From positions 1 through 64,000 of the IMG/VR virus record IMGVR_UViG_3300037797_000149: a stretch of 64,000 nt of DNA. One strand, written 5' to 3'. A program made the translations under genes and the position numbers. Of the stretch, positions 59,635-64,000 are shown piece by piece (the stretch's first letter is position 1; every line of letters begins with the position of its first letter). A model generated the notes under the pieces. The model did not search any database and was not told the DNA's origin. It worked only from the letters and a program-made list of their open reading frames with translations. The DNA comes from a virus.

Positions 59635-62343
59635 GTGGCTGGGACACTGGTCCTCCCCAAGCTGGTCGCCCCGGCCGATGCCGGGCGGTGGTTCCCGGCG
59701 AATGCGGATCTGGCACTGGCCGACCGGGTGGCCATGCTGGACCCGGACACCCGGGTCAAGACGTTGACCACGGGTGACGGGAAGCCGATCGACCCGGACA
59801 CGCTGCTTTACGATTTCAGATTCTGGGGGCGCCCGAGCCAGCTTTGCGTCTACGATTCCAGCGCGCACATCACCGCCATGATCTCCGGAAGGGGTGGAGG
59901 CAAGACAAGATCATTGTCCGAGGTGGCGCACCATCTGGCCGAGATGATGCCGGGCAGCCGAGGGGCGCTGATCGCCCGCACCGCCGCCGACGTGCGTGAC
60001 ACTTTGATCAGGGGTGACAGTGGGATCATCGAGACCGCCCATCCCGACGCCCGGCCCAGGTATGTGGCCAACAACCGCTCTCTGACCTGGCCTAACGGGA
60101 CGACGGCGACGTCGTTTTCGGCGCAGCAGCCTGATGGTCTGAGGGGTCCACAGTTTAATTGGGCACTGTGCATCGCCGCAGGCCAGAAGGTGAGAGTGGA
60201 ACGAGGGTTCGTACCAATCGAGGATGTGACCAGTGACGACAAGGTACTGGTGCGCGACGGGCGGTACGTCCCGCTTCGGCAAGGTGCGCGACTGACTCGC
60301 CGCCGGACTGAGGTTATCAGGATCGCTACTGCGACTCGCACACTGGACCTGACGCCGGACCATAGAGTCGCTACGCCTGAAGGTTGGGTCGAGGCTCGTG
60401 AACTCCGGCCCGGTGATACTATCCTGACATGTCAAATTCCGACCCAATACCCAGTGCCGCACCAGGCTGGTTCACCTTCGATGACCAGCGATGGTACCTC
60501 AGGAAAAAGTTCAATCACTACGCCAATCGAAAAGGTGAACTCCTTCATCGAGAAGTCTGGAAATCGGTCAATGGGCCGATTCCAGAAGGCATGGTCATTC
60601 ATCACAAAGACCATGATCCGACGAACAACCGGCTCGGCAATCTGGAACTCCGAACCGATGACGATCACAGACGGCATCACACGTCAGTACGAGAAGACGA
60701 AGCTTGGGTCGAGCAGTACAAGGCTGAAACCAGATCGGCCAACGCCAGGAAGCTCTGGGATGCGCGTCGAGAAGATCCGGATGAGCGCATCTGCCAGCAC
60801 TGCGGGGAAGTTTATACATCGGTTGGCATGGTCTCGCTTTTCTGTTCTGCTCGATGCCGGAATCTGGCTGGACCTGCGACACGTCGCGGTGAGTATGCCA
60901 AGACGGTCGCATCGGAATGCCTTGGTTGCGGCGAAAAGTTCGCTTCGACGAGCACGCGAGCCAAATACTGCTCCAATCGATGCAAACGGCGTCTCCAGAA
61001 CCGGCAACGATCTGAACTTCGGAAGTCTGAAGACAATCGCATCTGCCCGGTCTGCGGCTCCGGCAATTTCGGCAATCGCCGGTCCGATGCCGTCTTCTGT
61101 TCAACCCATTGTCAAGCACGAGACGCTCGTATCCGTCGATTCCGCGCCAAGGCAGGACGTGTATGACCTGACCACGTCCGATCCAGATTTTCCGGAGTTC
61201 TTCGCCAGCGGCATACTCGTCCACAATTGTGACGAGGTAGCGGCCTGGCCGACCCGCCCGCCATCTGGCTCGATCGCCAATGCCTGGGACAACGTGAAGC
61301 TGGCCACCCGGCTGGGGAACAACCCGCAGATCTTCGTGGCGACCACGCCGCGCCGGGTGCCGGTGGTGATCGAGCTGCTGAACGCCACCCACGCCGATCC
61401 GTCCAAGTGCCTGGTGGTGCGGGGGTCGACGATGGCGAACCGGCATCTGGCGCAGGTGTACCGCGACACCGTGGTGGCCATGTACGCCGGGACGACGCTG
61501 GCCCAGCAGGAGCTAGAGGGCGAACTGCTGGGGGACATCGACGGCGCGCTGCTGACGATGGACAAGATTTCCAGGGTGAGCGATCCGGACGAGATCGCCC
61601 GGTTGCAGGATATGAACTATCTGCGCAGCAAGTATCCGGTGCGCATCGTGGGGGTGGACCCGTCGACCAGCGACAAGCCGCGAGACGAGTGCGGGATCGT
61701 GGTGGTGGCCGCGACGGCGGAGCGCAATCCGCACAAGCGCAAATGTGTGGTGCTGGCGGATGAGTCGCTGCACGGGTCGCCGGGTGTGTGGGCGGCCAGG
61801 GTGGCGGAGGTGGCCCGCGAATACGAGGCGTTCGTGGTGGTGGAGGACAACCAGGGCGGCGAGATGGTGCGCATGGTGATCCGGGCGCACGATGAGCATG
61901 TGCCGGTGGTGCTGGCGCGCAGCGACGAGTCGAAGGTGGTGCGGGCCGAGCCGGTCGTTTTGGCTTTTGAGAAGTCGAATGTGCGTCATCTGGATTTTTT
62001 CGGAGAACTCGAAACTCAGTGGACGTCCTGGGTGCCCGACGAGAGCCTGTACTCCCCCGATCGCCTGGACGCGTCGGTGATCGCGATTTCGGCGTCACTG
62101 GTGGCGCAGCCCAGCGGAATGGGCGGGCGGATCCGGGTGGGCAGCCGGCAGCGCGGAGCGGCTGGCAAGCGGAAGGTCCGCGGGCTGAAGCAGCACGAGA
62201 AGTCGATTGCGTCCACGCCGGCGGCCAACGCTTTCGCCGCGGCGCCCAGGATCAGGTACGTGAAGCAGTCGCCGGCCGAAAAACGACGTGCCCGAAAATC
62301 CGCTTCGAGGCGGCTGGACGGATTCGGTTCGCCGTATCCGTGA
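59635..62343 (+). CDS. terL: terminase large subunit, interrupted by an intein (60169-61227)
   Basis: Walker A 'GRGGGKT'. Exteins rejoin as '..FNWAL/CDEVAAWP' (Walker B). The nuclease half contains 'IVGVDPSTS..ECGIVVV'. GTG start 8 nt after GGGAGG. Confidence 0.85.
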   Translation: MAGTLVLPKLVAPADAGRWFPANADLALADRVAMLDPDTRVKTLTTGDGKPIDPDTLLYDFRFWGRPSQLCVYDSSAHITAMISGRGGGKTRSLSEVAHHLAEMMPGSRGALIARTAADVRDTLIRGDSGIIETAHPDARPRYVANNRSLTWPNGTTATSFSAQQPDGLRGPQFNWALCIAAGQKVRVERGFVPIEDVTSDDKVLVRDGRYVPLRQGARLTRRRTEVIRIATATRTLDLTPDHRVATPEGWVEARELRPGDTILTCQIPTQYPVPHQAGSPSMTSDGTSGKSSITTPIEKVNSFIEKSGNRSMGRFQKAWSFITKTMIRRTTGSAIWNSEPMTITDGITRQYEKTKLGSSSTRLKPDRPTPGSSGMRVEKIRMSASASTAGKFIHRLAWSRFSVLLDAGIWLDLRHVAVSMPRRSHRNALVAAKSSLRRAREPNTAPIDANGVSRTGNDLNFGSLKTIASARSAAPAISAIAGPMPSSVQPIVKHETLVSVDSAPRQDVYDLTTSDPDFPEFFASGILVHNCDEVAAWPTRPPSGSIANAWDNVKLATRLGNNPQIFVATTPRRVPVVIELLNATHADPSKCLVVRGSTMANRHLAQVYRDTVVAMYAGTTLAQQELEGELLGDIDGALLTMDKISRVSDPDEIARLQDMNYLRSKYPVRIVGVDPSTSDKPRDECGIVVVAATAERNPHKRKCVVLADESLHGSPGVWAARVAEVAREYEAFVVVEDNQGGEMVRMVIRAHDEHVPVVLARSDESKVVRAEPVVLAFEKSNVRHLDFFGELETQWTSWVPDESLYSPDRLDASVIAISASLVAQPSGMGGRIRVGSRQRGAAGKRKVRGLKQHEKSIASTPAANAFAAAPRIRYVKQSPAEKRRARKSASRRLDGFGSPYP
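60169..61227 (+). mobile_element. intein (Hint domain split by a ~230-codon linker)
   Basis: Cys1 (TGC 60169-71), block B 'LTPDH', blocks F/G 'VYDLTT...FFASGILVHN' (His-Asn 61222-27) and +1 Cys (TGT 61228-30). Confidence 0.8.
60429..61166 (+). CDS. HNH (HNH_3-type) endonuclease with three zinc-ribbon repeats, nested out of frame inside the TerL intein
   Basis: 245-aa ORF in the -1 frame relative to TerL. 'HREVW...GPIPEGMVIHHKDHDPTNNRLGNLEL' plus 3x CxxCG..(F/Y)CSxxC. An in-frame TGA lies 4 codons upstream of the ATG. Confidence 0.8.
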   Translation: MSNSDPIPSAAPGWFTFDDQRWYLRKKFNHYANRKGELLHREVWKSVNGPIPEGMVIHHKDHDPTNNRLGNLELRTDDDHRRHHTSVREDEAWVEQYKAETRSANARKLWDARREDPDERICQHCGEVYTSVGMVSLFCSARCRNLAGPATRRGEYAKTVASECLGCGEKFASTSTRAKYCSNRCKRRLQNRQRSELRKSEDNRICPVCGSGNFGNRRSDAVFCSTHCQARDARIRRFRAKAGRV

Positions 62344-62350
62344 TCCCCGC

Positions 62351-62392
62351 CCACTTTCACCCCCACCTCGTCCACTTTCACCCCCACCTCGT
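62351..62392. repeat. 21-bp tandem direct repeat x2 (ccactttcacccccacctcgt)
   Basis: Two exact adjacent copies starting 8 nt after the TerL stop, just upstream of promoter 62417..62445. Confidence 0.85.
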
Positions 62393-62416
62393 CCTATCCC
62401 TGTCCTTTCGCACATT

Positions 62417-62445
62417 ATGACACTGATCTTCGTCCTTGATACTAT
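62417..62445 (+). promoter_or_regulatory. promoter, conserved family (ATGACA-17-TGaTACTAT)
   Basis: The plus strand reads atgacactgatcttcgtcctTGATACTAT. The ATG lies 8 nt after the -10, so the mRNA is (near-)leaderless. Confidence 0.55.
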
Positions 62446-62453
62446 GAGGCATC

Positions 62454-63497
62454 ATGACGACATCGCGCACGCTCGAGCAACAGATAGCCGCGGAATACGA
62501 CTACCTGCGGTTATTGATCAAAACCGGGCGTGAGGCCGAGGCCGGATACCGGATCGGGGTGCTGCGCGACCATGGGTGGGAGATCCGGTCCACTGCGCAG
62601 GCTCTCGGGGTGTCCCGGCAGGGGATGTACTATCTGATGGATTCTGCCGCTCGTAAAGAGATCACCGCCCCGGCCGACTCCCCTCCGGTGCTGGATTTGA
62701 GACCGCCTCCGGTGAGTCTGGTGATGCGTTCCGACGCCGCCGACGTGCCGCCGCCACTGTGCAAGCCGCTGCGGGCCATGTGGGCGCACGTGTTCCGGGA
62801 CAAGTCGGCAGGCCGGTCAGACCTGTCGGCGGCGCTGGACGTGCTGCTGCACCTGTTGTTGCGCCGCGGTGTGCCCAACATCCGGATCGGGGATTGCGGA
62901 AATGTGACCCACCGGGCGGTCAGCGAGCGGATGCGCAGGGCCGTTTCCCGGGGGACGCTGCCGTCTGAGGCGGGCAGTTCTTTTCTGCCGCATCCCGCTG
63001 AAGACCTTCCCGCCGCACGGATCATGTCGCAGGCTTTGCACCCGGCCCGGATGTCGGCGGTGGTGCAGGTGGTGTCGGCTAGTTTTCCCAGGTTCTACAC
63101 CGCGCAGTACGGTAATGCGCCCGAACGCGATCGGTCGCGGTTGTTCATGTTTGATCCGTCCAAACCGGTCCCGGCCAGTGTGTCCGATATCGGTCTGGAC
63201 GAGTCCACCCGGGTGGATGTGACCAGTGAGGAACAGTGGGTCGATGTGATCGCCGACGCCGATCCGAACGAGTCCCCGCTGTACGTGGTGCCGGTGCAGT
63301 GGCTGTACGTTTTCAGTGTGTTCGATGCCCGCGTGTTCGCACCGCAGAATTTCGACCTGATTCCGGGTGTCTATCCCCAAGCGCTGCGGCCGCCTGGAAA
63401 TCTCATGAAATTCTTCACTAAAACCGATGGCATGCTGCGGCAGGCCAGGCCGATCGCCTGGTCCGGATCGAAAGGTATGGGCAATGACGACGCCTGA
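62454..63497 (+). CDS. HTH-containing protein inserted between terminase and the next structural gene
   Basis: 347 aa with HTH-like 'IRSTAQALGVSRQGMYYLM' near the N-terminus. It has its own promoter. Confidence 0.55.
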   Translation: MTTSRTLEQQIAAEYDYLRLLIKTGREAEAGYRIGVLRDHGWEIRSTAQALGVSRQGMYYLMDSAARKEITAPADSPPVLDLRPPPVSLVMRSDAADVPPPLCKPLRAMWAHVFRDKSAGRSDLSAALDVLLHLLLRRGVPNIRIGDCGNVTHRAVSERMRRAVSRGTLPSEAGSSFLPHPAEDLPAARIMSQALHPARMSAVVQVVSASFPRFYTAQYGNAPERDRSRLFMFDPSKPVPASVSDIGLDESTRVDVTSEEQWVDVIADADPNESPLYVVPVQWLYVFSVFDARVFAPQNFDLIPGVYPQALRPPGNLMKFFTKTDGMLRQARPIAWSGSKGMGNDDA

Positions 63498-64000
63498 GCA
63501 GGACTACACCACGTACAGCCCCGCCGAGTTGCGCAAGCTGATAACCGAGCGGGACCTCGATTCGAACGGTGCGGACCTGCGCAAGAAGACCGAACTCGTC
63601 GAAGTCTTGAGAGCCGGCGACGAGGGCCGGGATCCGATGTTCGCCGTGGACGAATCCGCGCCTCCGCCGCGCCGCGCCGCTGCGGACACTGTCGTGGAGA
63701 TCGGGGCTGCCGCTGATGTGATGGCTGCGGCGTATGCGGGCACCGTCATTGATGATGCTCATGGTGCGGTGAAGCAGGCTCAGGGGACTTTGAGCGGAAC
63801 CCTCGGTCCGGCCGAGCCACTGTCCGGCGTCCTCCACGACCCGCTGGAGCCGCTGACCCCCGACGACCTGGTGTTCGTGGACCGCAACCGGGTGCGGGTG
63901 CACATGAATTCGTTCCCGGTGACGGTGGACGGGAAGAGGGAATGCCGCTTGGTCATCGCCCAGGTGCCGGGGGAGCCCGGCGTGATGGCGGCGGGCTGGT
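63484..64000 (+). CDS. structural-module protein with N-terminal SAP/HeH motif (portal by position?); 3' end outside window
   Basis: ATG 63484; the frame is open to the window end. 'YSPAELRKLITERDLDSNGADLRKKTELVEVL' is SAP/Rho-N-like. Not in the ORF track because it has no stop in the window. Confidence 0.5.
   Translation, partial: MTTPEQDYTTYSPAELRKLITERDLDSNGADLRKKTELVEVLRAGDEGRDPMFAVDESAPPPRRAAADTVVEIGAAADVMAAAYAGTVIDDAHGAVKQAQGTLSGTLGPAEPLSGVLHDPLEPLTPDDLVFVDRNRVRVHMNSFPVTVDGKRECRLVIAQVPGEPGVMAAGW

Noticed and set aside
60417-60440. -1 ribosomal frameshift fusing the intein N-domain to the HNH domain.
   Set aside because: No slippery heptamer or downstream structure is evident in the 13 nt available between the HNH-frame stop (60414-16) and ATG 60429. 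Independent initiation is the simpler reading, though unproven.

Overview
The window is about 64 kb of high-GC double-stranded DNA phage sequence of actinobacteriophage type. Supporting marks are a WhiB-like gene, an LPXTG-anchored protein, an SSB-like tail ending in DDEPPF, tightly packed genes with ATGA/GTGA start-stop overlaps, and a likely siphovirus-type layout. No rRNA, CRISPR array, integrase or LysB-type esterase is visible. Layout: 1-5.4 kb holds distal tail and fibre genes, including a LamG plus glycoside-hydrolase tail enzyme. 5.4-8.2 kb is the lysis cassette (amidase endolysin and membrane proteins) and ends at a strong bidirectional terminator. 8.3-22.9 kb is a leftward block: WhiB, a decayed C5-methyltransferase, an SSB-like protein, a RecB-family exonuclease, a DEAH helicase, RusA, a SLOG/DUF2493 protein and a lipoprotein. 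23.0-36.3 kb is a rightward block: NADAR, family-A DNA polymerase, a RecD-like helicase, a nucleotidyltransferase and a HAD phosphatase. 36.3-38.4 kb is a terminator-bounded accessory island carrying tRNA-Ser(UGA), an LPXTG surface protein and a dual-specificity phosphatase. 38.4-47.9 kb is a single leftward operon of about 30 small genes with paralogue families and repeated junction modules. 48.1-51.3 kb encodes a primase-polymerase/SF3 helicase. 51.5-57.5 kb is a leftward block of small genes with conserved start-associated elements. 57.8-58.0 kb is a 47-bp tandem array. 58.1-64.0 kb is the packaging region. The strongest finding is that the large terminase is interrupted at its Walker-B motif by a mini-intein. 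The central part of that intein carries a complete HNH endonuclease gene in a different reading frame, and both frames stay open for about 740 nt. Other findings are a conserved extended -10 promoter family, several iteron-like repeat arrays, host-SSB-tip mimicry on three adjacent recombination proteins, and a degenerate methyltransferase. Every functional call rests on motifs read by eye. No database search was run.
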